NCBI GenBank assembly: GCA_041494705.1
Contig: JBGQBI010000001.1
Location: 240,001 to 272,000, forward strand
DNA from: Candidatus Methanoperedens sp.
GTDB lineage: Archaea; Halobacteriota; Methanosarcinia; Methanosarcinales; Methanoperedenaceae
Reading direction: 5' to 3'
DNA length: 32,000 nucleotides
Shown piece by piece: positions 24,585-32,000 of this stretch. Numbering within the stretch: position 1 is the first letter of the stretch; each line of letters starts with the position of its first letter. The translations under genes were made by a program, and so were the position numbers. The notes under the pieces are model-generated. The model worked only from the letters and a program-made list of their open reading frames with translations. It was not told the origin of the DNA and made no database searches.

Positions 24585-25369
24585 ATATCCTGCTCCATCA
24601 AATACTCCACAGCATTCCTGAATATAGCCACTCCAGCCCCTTCCTCAGGCAGCTTCTCCCGCGTCCATGCAGGATGGTTTGTCCTGTGCTGGAACGCCTC
24701 GGGATGCGGCATCATACCGAAAACCCTGCCTGTTTCATCACATATACCCGCAATGTTATCCACAGAGCCGTTGGGATTATGGGGATAGCCTGCAAGGTTT
24801 CCCTCTTTATCCACGTACTGGAATACGACATGATTATTTTTCTTTAATCTCAAAAGTACCTGCGGGTTTTTTGCCACGAACTTGCCTTCGCCGTGCCGCA
24901 CCGGAAGATACATGCTGTCAATTCCTTTTGTGAATATACATTTTGAGTTCTTATTTGTCGCAACGTGAACCCACCTGTCCTCAAATCTCCCCGAATCATT
25001 AAAAGTAAGAGTGACATCCTGTGTGCTGTAATCACCACTAAACGCAGGCAGCAAACCCATTTTTACCATCGCCTGGAAGCCGTTGCAGATGCCGATAATC
25101 AATTTACCCTCATCTATGAACTCCCTGACCTGCCCGCCCAGATTATATTTTATCATGTTGGCTAATACCTTGCCGGAGGCGATATCATCCCCGAACGAGA
25201 ACCCGCCTGGGAACGCAAGGATATGGAACTCCGAAAGTTTCCTTGCCCCGTTAATCAGGTCTGTAAGATGCACACGTTCGGCCTCAGCGCCTGCAAGCTT
25301 GAAGGCATGCTGTGTCTCCATGTCGCAGTTGATACCGTAACCGGTGAGGACGAGGGCTTTTGGGGTCAT
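24581..25369 (-). CDS. purQ: Class I glutamine amidotransferase, PurQ-type (FGAM synthase glutaminase subunit)
   Basis: GINCD..., AFPGGFSFGDD, nucleophile elbow GICNGFQ and MMPHPE. Confidence 0.72.
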   Translation of the reverse strand: MTPKALVLTGYGINCDMETQHAFKLAGAEAERVHLTDLINGARKLSEFHILAFPGGFSFGDDIASGKVLANMIKYNLGGQVREFIDEGKLIIGICNGFQAMVKMGLLPAFSGDYSTQDVTLTFNDSGRFEDRWVHVATNKNSKCIFTKGIDSMYLPVRHGEGKFVAKNPQVLLRLKKNNHVVFQYVDKEGNLAGYPHNPNGSVDNIAGICDETGRVFGMMPHPEAFQHRTNHPAWTREKLPEEGAGVAIFRNAVEYLMEQDI

Positions 25370-25457
25370 TTTGTCTTAGATCCGTATTATTTCCTGTTAA
25401 TAAATCATCAACGATTATAAGAATTTCCTCACCGCTGTTTTTGAATCGAAAAATTTT

Positions 25458-25533
25458 TGGGGCCCGGGTCGGGATTCGAACCCGAGTCGTAGGATCCACA
25501 GTCCCATAGGATAACCAGCTACCCCACCCAGGC
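25458..25533 (-). tRNA. tRNA-His (anticodon GUG), CCA encoded, no encoded G-1
   Basis: Hand-folded. Acceptor GCCTGGG/CCCGGGC, D-arm with GG, anticodon stem TGGGA/TCCTA with loop CTGTGGA, 4-nt variable loop, T-arm TCGGG-TTCGAAT-CCCGA, discriminator C, then CCA. A T5 tract follows on the minus strand (25449-25453). Confidence 0.88.
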
Positions 25534-25680
25534 ACCTTGATTGATGATGGGGGTATCCCCGTAGATGTATCTAAAATGGATAAAGGTTTTGTTGCTTTTA
25601 AAAGCAAAACCGAGCCAGACCTCAGGATGCATCCGTGCCAATCGATATGAACCACAGTTTCCTGATTCATAATCTTAACA

Positions 25681-26865
25681 TTGTTTAGCGTAAGATTCTT
25701 AAGTGAAAGAGACAACAGAAGGCAAAAATATCAGGAACGACATATCGTGGAAGAAAAATTATTCGATATAAAAATAGGTTACGCATCTCCCAAGAACCCC
25801 ATCGCGCTTGCCTCCATGGCAGGAATAACCGACAGCAGGTTCGCTTCAGGGTTCGGGAACGCCGGACTGGTTGTCCTTGGCGGCTATAATCTCGATGAGC
25901 CTACGAACGAAGCGGCCCGGAAGGAGATAAGTCGCGGCAGAAGTGAATTTGTTTCAGATAATCCGATGGAATTTCTCGAAAAGGAACTTGAAGCCGCAAA
26001 AGGGATTACCACAATAGCGGTCAATGTGCGGGCTGCATCAGTTGAACCTTTCATAAAAGCAGGAGAATTAGCAAGGAAATTTGGTGCGATTCTTGAGATA
26101 AACGCCCATTGCAGGCAGCCTGAAATCACAGCGCTTGGAGCGGGGGAGGCATTATTGAAAGATATACCGCGCCTTTGTGAGTATATCGGAGAGATAAAAA
26201 AGACGGGTGTTGTGCTTTCAGTAAAGACGCGGGCAAATGTAGTGAATGATGTTGAACTTGCCAGGGCTATTGAGAAAGCAGGAGCCGATATCATCCATAT
26301 AGATGCCATGCATCCAGATGGAATGGATATCGGGGTTATCAAACGTGTCCGCAATTCCACTGAATTGTTTATTATCGGAAATAACTCGGTCGTGGATTTT
26401 GAGAGTGCAAAAGAAATGTTCTCTCATGGGGCTGATATGGTGTCACTGGCCCGCGCCGTGCGTGCAAATCCCGGTATTATCAACCAGCTTGTCTTTGACG
26501 TCTCTTCATTCCAGTCCATGACAGGCTGGTACAATGCGCCAAAACACATATGCGGTGGCGGGGACCTCCGGGCGCTGGCCTTTTGCTGCCTGCCTGTCAA
26601 GCCATGCGCCTTACACGGCGCGCTGAAACAGGCAGGACTTAGCGCCGAGGAATTCATGAAGATTAAAACGGACTTTACCCGGGAAACGCCAATCGAATAT
26701 GGCGAAGGGACGTGTTTTGGAAGCATGACATGGTGCTGCAAGATAACCAAGCCCTGTTTCCTCCGCGACAGCGCGCTTGAAGCTTCGGGGCTTTCAGATG
26801 TGGAATATATGCGGATTAAAAAGAGATTATCAGAACATATAATGAAACGGATACGCAAAAAATGA
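25681..26865 (+). CDS. DUS-like FMN TIM-barrel protein with two tandem Cys-rich C-terminal modules (possibly the methanogenesis-marker-9 family; unverified)
   Basis: LASMAGITDSRF, EINAHCRQPE, LSVKTR and IHIDAMH parallel the dihydrouridine-synthase motifs. The C-terminus carries two copies of CC-x4-PC-...-GLS-xxE[FY]M[KR]IK. Start is uncertain: TTG 25681 or GTG 25747. Confidence 0.6.
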   Translation: MFSVRFLSERDNRRQKYQERHIVEEKLFDIKIGYASPKNPIALASMAGITDSRFASGFGNAGLVVLGGYNLDEPTNEAARKEISRGRSEFVSDNPMEFLEKELEAAKGITTIAVNVRAASVEPFIKAGELARKFGAILEINAHCRQPEITALGAGEALLKDIPRLCEYIGEIKKTGVVLSVKTRANVVNDVELARAIEKAGADIIHIDAMHPDGMDIGVIKRVRNSTELFIIGNNSVVDFESAKEMFSHGADMVSLARAVRANPGIINQLVFDVSSFQSMTGWYNAPKHICGGGDLRALAFCCLPVKPCALHGALKQAGLSAEEFMKIKTDFTRETPIEYGEGTCFGSMTWCCKITKPCFLRDSALEASGLSDVEYMRIKKRLSEHIMKRIRKK

Positions 26866-26900
26866 AACAATAGTACACGGAAATAATGTGAAAATGTGGA

Positions 26901-26907
26901 TTTTTTT
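26901..26907 (+). terminator. T7 tract after the DUS-like gene
   Basis: GGATTTTTTTA lies about 35 nt after the stop. Confidence 0.4.
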
Positions 26908-26973
26908 ATAGCTCATCAAAGTAAGTATTTTATACCATTGATACATGGAAAGCGAAAAAAAGGATGATAATTT

Positions 26974-27663
26974 ATGAGTATAGCAAAAGGCGATTTTATA
27001 AGAGTTTCATATACGGGTAAAACCGCAGATGACGGGCATGTTTTTGATACAACTGATGAAGATGTGGCAAAAGCCAACAAAATCTACAACGAGAAAGGGA
27101 AATACGGCGGGGATGTTATCATTGTAGGGTCAGGGCATACTGTTGCCGGACTTGATGAGGATTTAATAGGGAAGGACGTTGGTTATACTGGCAGCGTTAC
27201 AATCCCACCGGAAAAAGCCTTCGGCCCCAGGAATCCCGAACTTATTGAAAGTATACCCACCACGAAGTTCAAAGAAAGACCACAAGTGGGAATACCTGTT
27301 GAGATTGATGGCCGTCCGGGATTTGTTATAAGAGTGATTGGCAGGATGGCGCAGGTTGACTTTAACAGATTCCTCGCGGGGCAAACGGTCATTTATGACT
27401 ATGAGATAAAAGAGAAGATAGAGGATAACGAAGGCAAGGTCAGGGGGCTTATCGCTCTGTATATAGGAAAAGAGATTCCAGTAAAAGTAAATGATGGTGA
27501 AGTAACAGTTGAACTAGAGCCTGAACTGACCTATAACCAGAGATGGCTCATGACAAAAAGACAGATTGCGCGCGAGTTGATCGATAATACGGACATCAGG
27601 GAAATACTCTATCTTGAGAGATATAATAAAGAGATACTGGAACCAAAAACTGCCAGCAAATAA
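26974..27663 (+). CDS. Long-type archaeal FKBP peptidyl-prolyl isomerase/chaperone (FKBP26-like)
   Basis: GDFIRVSYTGK..DGHVFDTT..., GSGHTVAGLDEDLIGK, PPEKAFG. An IF-insert and a C-terminal domain are present. Confidence 0.85.
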   Translation: MSIAKGDFIRVSYTGKTADDGHVFDTTDEDVAKANKIYNEKGKYGGDVIIVGSGHTVAGLDEDLIGKDVGYTGSVTIPPEKAFGPRNPELIESIPTTKFKERPQVGIPVEIDGRPGFVIRVIGRMAQVDFNRFLAGQTVIYDYEIKEKIEDNEGKVRGLIALYIGKEIPVKVNDGEVTVELEPELTYNQRWLMTKRQIARELIDNTDIREILYLERYNKEILEPKTASK

Positions 27664-27674
27664 TTTGAAGTTTA

Positions 27675-28784
27675 TTAAATCAAAGGCCTGACCACTTCCC
27701 ACAAGATAAGCAGCACTACAACCGCTTCGAGAATCAGCATTATCTGTTCGGTGGAAAGCTCCCTGGCCGTGGTATAGAGGTTCTGCAGGGCATCAATCTT
27801 GTGCTGCACAACTTTCTCAAAGTCCATTACTTTAAGAGTATTGAGCATCTTCAGATACGCAGACTGGTAGTACCAATCCTGTGTTATCTTATGCGGGTTC
27901 ATTAAATCCTCAATATCATCAAGGATGACAAGCCCGATTTCGCTCACATTAAGGAGAGCCTTTTCAAGTTTTCTCGGCGCCAGTGTAAGGAAATAAAGCT
28001 TCGATAGGTGCATATTCTTTATTGCGCCAAAAGCATTTGTGATTTCTGAATCAATCTTGCGGTCATATATCTGGAAGAGAAGCAAAAGCGAGATTGCAAG
28101 CTCAAGCAGTTCCCGGAGGTCTTTTAGGTAATCATCGCATCCCAGGATAAATACACCTTCAGGCGATGCAAGAAACAGGTCCTCGTCATAATAAGACAGG
28201 TCGTTGGCGAGTTTTTCTGTAATCTCTTTACTGTGTAAAGGCCGTATAGAGGTTTCGCCGGACAGGAAACGTGTGATAATCTCGCCGTACTGCTCTTTCA
28301 GACCTTTATGGTCAAGCTTTGGAGTGAATTCTTTGATTTTTAAGAGCGCGTATCTCTTTGTAATCGGATAATACGATATCTTCTTTCCCGGATTGAGTTT
28401 TTCACGAATCTCGTTGATCTTTTTATTGGCAAATGACTGGAAATCAAGCCCTTCAACAATAATTGTATTGGAATGAAGGGCTACCAGTATATCATTGAAT
28501 AAAATCTTGTCCCTGATTTCGATTTCCGTCCTCAGTATTGATACGCCTGCAACAAAAACATCTGTATAAATATTTGCGGTGCATGTTATTTTTTCACTGC
28601 CTGAAACGATTACAGCCACTCCTTCAGATTGTTCCATTTCTATGGGTTTGTTCCATCGTTCGGCTATTATATCTGAACCAATGAATTTTTTTAACTGGCT
28701 TTTATCAACCTCACCGCCGTGCCCGAATACCACAAGTATTGTGAGTTTGCCATTGAAAAGAGTCAGATCCTCGGAAGTATCCAT
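27675..28784 (-). CDS. Uncharacterised 369-aa protein with a single C-terminal TM helix, possibly RMD1/DUF155-like
   Basis: Track ORF. A long helical C-terminal half ends in ...STEQIMLILEAVVVLLILWEVVRPLI, which resembles the LEW-II-LI-EV C-terminus of DUF155 proteins from memory. It lacks the GMN motif of CorA. Confidence 0.45.
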   Translation of the reverse strand: MDTSEDLTLFNGKLTILVVFGHGGEVDKSQLKKFIGSDIIAERWNKPIEMEQSEGVAVIVSGSEKITCTANIYTDVFVAGVSILRTEIEIRDKILFNDILVALHSNTIIVEGLDFQSFANKKINEIREKLNPGKKISYYPITKRYALLKIKEFTPKLDHKGLKEQYGEIITRFLSGETSIRPLHSKEITEKLANDLSYYDEDLFLASPEGVFILGCDDYLKDLRELLELAISLLLLFQIYDRKIDSEITNAFGAIKNMHLSKLYFLTLAPRKLEKALLNVSEIGLVILDDIEDLMNPHKITQDWYYQSAYLKMLNTLKVMDFEKVVQHKIDALQNLYTTARELSTEQIMLILEAVVVLLILWEVVRPLI

Positions 28785-28808
28785 ATATTTAGATTTATGT
28801 TTGAAAAG

Positions 28809-28816
28809 TATATAAA
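28809..28816 (-). promoter_or_regulatory. TATA box (CTTTATATAC) about 25-33 nt upstream of the 369-aa ORF start
   Basis: The minus strand reads CTTTATATACTTTTCAAACATAAATCTAAATAT-ATG. The spacing implies a leaderless or very short-leader mRNA. Confidence 0.4.
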
Positions 28817-28817
28817 G

Positions 28818-30344
28818 TTATAATGCCGATATTAAAGACCTTCCTGTCATCTCTTCCGGTTTTTCAATCCCGAGGATATCAAGAAGAGTTGGGGCAACAT
28901 CGGCAAGTATGCCGTTTCTGAGCGCAACGCCAGTTTCGCAAAGAATAAAGGGCACCGGGTCGCAAGTGTGGGCTGTGTGGATGCCGCCTTTATCATCAAC
29001 CATCTGTTCCGCATTTCCGTGGTCTGCCGTTATTATCAATAATCCGCCTGCATCTTTGATGGCTGTGAATACCTTGCCTATGCATTCATCGACCGCCTCA
29101 ACGGCTCTCACGGCAGCGTCAAATACACCGGTGTGCCCGACCATGTCAAGATTGGCATAATTCAATATAATTACGTCATATTTACCCGAAGACACCGCTT
29201 TTACGACTTCATCGGTAACAAGAAAAGCGCTCATCTCTGGCTGCAAATCATACGTCGCCACTTTCGGGGACGGTATCAAGAGCCTTTCCTCGCCCCTGAC
29301 AGGCGTTTCCCGTCCTCCGTTAAAAAAGAAGGTAACGTGTGCGTATTTCTCGGTTTCTGCAATCCTGATTTGTTTTAGATTATGGTCTGACAGGACGTCT
29401 GCAAGTATATTTTTAAGTGATTCGGACGGATATGCAACAGGGACTTTGAATGTCTCATCGTACTGGGTCAGGCACACGAAATGAGTATGCGGATATACGG
29501 TTCGTTTAAAATCCCCAAACTCATCATCCGTTAAAGCGCGGGTTATTTCCCGGGCTCTGTCTGAGCGGAAGTTAAAGAAAATAACTGAATCTTTATTTGA
29601 TATTTGTGAAACAGGTTTTTTGTTTTTCAAAATAATTGTCGGGGTGACAAACTCATCAGTCTCACCCCTGGCATAGGCGTTCTCCACGGCAAGAAAAGCG
29701 CTATCTGCTGTGATGCCATGCCCGGATGTCATTGCATCGTAAGCCTTTTCTACCCTGTCCCAGCGTTTGTCCCTGTCCATGGCATAATATCTCCCCGAAA
29801 TTGATGCAAATTCGCCTACCAGTTCTTTCATCTTTTTTTCAGCATCGGAAATATAAACAAGGGCGCTTTTGGGCGGAACGTCCCTCCCGTCAAGGAAAGC
29901 ATGGACATACACTTTTTTTATCCCCTGCTTTTTTGCCAGTTCAAGTAATGCATACAGGTGAGTATTATGACTGTGGACGCCGCCGTCTGAAAGCAAGCCC
30001 ATAAGATGCAGGGACGATTCATATTTTTTGACGTTTTCCAGCGCCTTCAAAAGCGTTTTATTCCTGAAGAAATCCCCTTCGCGAATCGATTTTGTTATCC
30101 TCGTTAAATCCTGGTAAACAACCCTTCCTGCCCCAATATTTAGGTGCCCGACCTCAGAGTTTCCCATCTGGCCTTCGGGAAGTCCTACAGATTCGCCGGA
30201 TGCGTCAAGAGTCGTATGCGGATATGTTGAAAAAAGCCTGTCGAGGTTCGGGGTTTTTGCGGATGCTATGGCGTTTCCATCTTTATTCTCACTAAGACCG
30301 TAGCCGTCGAGTATCATTAGTAATAGAGGTCGCTTTTTAATCAT
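28818..30344 (-). CDS. gpmI: 2,3-bisphosphoglycerate-independent phosphoglycerate mutase, bacterial GpmI type
   Basis: [37 protein letters not shown]. Length 508 aa. Confidence 0.9.
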   Translation of the reverse strand: MIKKRPLLLMILDGYGLSENKDGNAIASAKTPNLDRLFSTYPHTTLDASGESVGLPEGQMGNSEVGHLNIGAGRVVYQDLTRITKSIREGDFFRNKTLLKALENVKKYESSLHLMGLLSDGGVHSHNTHLYALLELAKKQGIKKVYVHAFLDGRDVPPKSALVYISDAEKKMKELVGEFASISGRYYAMDRDKRWDRVEKAYDAMTSGHGITADSAFLAVENAYARGETDEFVTPTIILKNKKPVSQISNKDSVIFFNFRSDRAREITRALTDDEFGDFKRTVYPHTHFVCLTQYDETFKVPVAYPSESLKNILADVLSDHNLKQIRIAETEKYAHVTFFFNGGRETPVRGEERLLIPSPKVATYDLQPEMSAFLVTDEVVKAVSSGKYDVIILNYANLDMVGHTGVFDAAVRAVEAVDECIGKVFTAIKDAGGLLIITADHGNAEQMVDDKGGIHTAHTCDPVPFILCETGVALRNGILADVAPTLLDILGIEKPEEMTGRSLISAL

Positions 30345-30472
30345 TTAGCTTGAATACTTTTCGTAAATGTATTTAGTTATCGGTTTAGCTAACTTTTTAC
30401 TGAAATATTATTCATTTGACCGATGCGCTCTTAATCGTTATCTTTTTCATGATACAACTCTTTTAAGGAGTG

Positions 30473-30964
30473 ATGATTCACATCCTAGAGGGCACGATAT
30501 TCATAGATAATACTGAAAAATTCCTTGGGAAAATCAAAAAAACGAGCAAAGATAAAAACATAGTGATACAGGCTTTTGATGCTGATAAACTGGCAGGCGA
30601 GGAACACATAAGATTCGCAGTAAAAAAAGCGATGAACTCATTCAAAGCAGGCAAAAATATCGCAAACGACCTCGCCAAAGAAATAATGCTTTATGCGGCA
30701 GGCACACGCCAGATAAACAGGGCAATGAAGCTTGGCGTGCACAACGGGGAAAATAATATTGCCCTCGTGGCAATCGGCGAGGTTATCGATTTATCCGCGT
30801 TCAATGAGATAACTCCAAAGCCCGTGCTTCAATACAATAGCTCCAAAAACGATGCATTATTGGAAATTTTCAATATCACAAAAGAAGAACTCAAAGCCAG
30901 AGGGGTGGATAAAATCCCTGAGCTTGTCATTGAAAGAGTTGCGCTTGTAGATGTGATGAAATAG
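30473..30964 (+). CDS. cgi121: KEOPS complex subunit Cgi121
   Basis: About 160 aa. ...IQAFDADKLAGEEHI..A...A...F..G.NIA..LA.EIMLYAAGTRQI..A... matches the Cgi121 family pattern. AAGGAG lies upstream. Confidence 0.7.
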   Translation: MIHILEGTIFIDNTEKFLGKIKKTSKDKNIVIQAFDADKLAGEEHIRFAVKKAMNSFKAGKNIANDLAKEIMLYAAGTRQINRAMKLGVHNGENNIALVAIGEVIDLSAFNEITPKPVLQYNSSKNDALLEIFNITKEELKARGVDKIPELVIERVALVDVMK

Positions 30965-30972
30965 CTCGCTTT

Positions 30973-31587
30973 TCAGCGCCTGTTGAAAAGGACGCGAAGC
31001 AGCTTTCCGAAAACCGAAAATGGACCGGAAAACTTCTTTTTCGTTATTATGCCGGGCTCGTTTTTGTCTTCGTAAGTCTCGTAATGGACAATACTGGAAA
31101 GCGGAAGCCTCGGAGGAACAGATGCTTTACCGACTTCATATCCGAAGGCGATAAGAGCTATGATTTTTAACTCCGCGGGAATATGCAGTAATTCTTTCAG
31201 TTTTTCCTCCCGGAATGCGCCTATCCAGCATGAACCGATGCCAAGCGATGTCGCCACCAGTGTCAGGTTCGTGCCTGCTATTGCTGCATCAATAGTATAC
31301 GTTTGGCTTCCCGCCTTCGGGTCGGCGCATATGACCACAGCGGCGCTTGCTTCCCCGACATGGCGGGATTTAAACAATTTATAGTAGCAGAAATCCGATA
31401 TTGCAGCCAGTTTTTCCTTCTGCGTTACCACAACGAAGCGCCAGGGCTGGGCGTTCGCACCCGATGGAGCCCATCTGCCGACTTCGAGGATTTGTTCCAT
31501 AGCCTCCTTCGGTATCGTGGCGCCGTCAAACCGCCTGACGCTGCGCCGCCTTTTGATTATATCGAAGACAACATCACTATCTTTCAT
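30973..31587 (-). CDS. Nitroreductase-family protein with a basic C-terminal tail
   Basis: IIKRRRSVRRF...APSGANAQPWRF...CWIGAF. Start moved to the ATG at 31587. Confidence 0.82.
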   Translation of the reverse strand: MKDSDVVFDIIKRRRSVRRFDGATIPKEAMEQILEVGRWAPSGANAQPWRFVVVTQKEKLAAISDFCYYKLFKSRHVGEASAAVVICADPKAGSQTYTIDAAIAGTNLTLVATSLGIGSCWIGAFREEKLKELLHIPAELKIIALIAFGYEVGKASVPPRLPLSSIVHYETYEDKNEPGIITKKKFSGPFSVFGKLLRVLFNRR

Positions 31588-31613
31588 ATCCAGAATTCTC
31601 CCCTGTGAGCAAT

Positions 31614-32000
31614 TCAATAATTCTCTTTCAACCACTGTGCGAATTTGGTCAGCGCCGCATACCTGTGAGATAGCCTGTTTTTCTCGTCTTCTCCCATTTC
31701 CCCGAAAGTCGCGCCTCCGACCTCGAATATGGGGTCATAGCCGAAACCGCCGCTTCCCCGCATCTCATCTGCAATTTCACCCTCCACTTCCCCTGAAAAT
31801 AAAGATGGCTCCTCCCCGGGACGGCAGTATCCTATAACGCATTTAAAAACTGCCCCCCTGTTCGTTTCACCCTCCATGAGTTTCAGTATCCTTTCATTTC
31901 CGAGGGTGTCAAAAACATACGCGGAATAAGGACCCGGAAATCCTCCGAGCGCCGCTATGAAAAGCCCTGAATCATCCACCATGACCTCGTTGTCCAGTTT
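31614..32000 (-). CDS. Non-canonical purine NTP pyrophosphatase (ITPase, RdgB/HAM1 family), N-terminus outside the window
   Basis: ...DDSGLFIAALGGFPGPYSA..., GSGGFGYDPIF and KNRLSHRYAAL. The frame stays open upstream of the internal Met at 31982, up to the window edge. Confidence 0.88.
   Translation of the reverse strand, partial: KLDNEVMVDDSGLFIAALGGFPGPYSAYVFDTLGNERILKLMEGETNRGAVFKCVIGYCRPGEEPSLFSGEVEGEIADEMRGSGGFGYDPIFEVGGATFGEMGEDEKNRLSHRYAALTKFAQWLKENY

Noticed and set aside
25537-25670. C/D-box sRNA upstream of tRNA-His (UGAUGA at 25542-25547)
   Set aside because: The only CUGA lies about 120 nt away, with no C'/D' pair or terminal stem at the 50-70 nt spacing expected for archaeal C/D sRNAs.
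25370-25680. Integrated mobile element targeting tRNA-His
   Set aside because: There is no integrase, no duplicated tRNA 3' segment (att-like direct repeat) in the window, and housekeeping genes flank both sides.

Overview
Archaeal chromosomal segment with moderate GC. Histone, Orc1/Cdc6, the L1-P0-P1 stalk operon, Cgi121, archaeal-type riboflavin synthase and a vht/vho-like hydrogenase suggest a Methanosarcinales/ANME-like euryarchaeon, but taxonomy cannot be confirmed without a search. Most of the window is tightly packed housekeeping DNA: replication and chromatin genes, ribosomal stalk proteins, his/arg/pur/rib biosynthesis, glycolysis and one tRNA-His. No CRISPR array, transposase, integrase or recognisable defence system was seen. 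Six parts stand out. (1) A complete [NiFe]-hydrogenase module (hypF, hypE, hypD, hypC plus a small/large/cytochrome-b/protease operon) has a Tat-exported small subunit with only 9 Cys. Asp replaces two of the four canonical proximal-cluster Cys ligands, and the large subunit is short (491 aa). (2) A Cys-rich DUF3795-like ORF sits inside the hyp cluster, and an Lrp/AsnC regulator in a neighbouring Fe-S/rubrerythrin redox island carries a related CLGC-containing tail. (3) Next to orc1/cdc6 lies a compact module of four tiny predicted DNA-binding proteins (two RHH-like, two AbrB-like). One of them is missing from the ORF track. The module is organised around two arrays of 9-bp tandem repeats flanking a TATA box. 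(4) A roughly 200-bp non-coding stretch between rubrerythrin and ribC has features of a small RNA gene. (5) A dsRBD-less RNase III-like protein has a non-canonical catalytic motif. (6) A DUS-like TIM-barrel protein carries a duplicated Cys-rich C-terminal module. Several ORF-track starts were revised from SD/TATA context and conserved N-termini. Many long antisense shadow ORFs were rejected.
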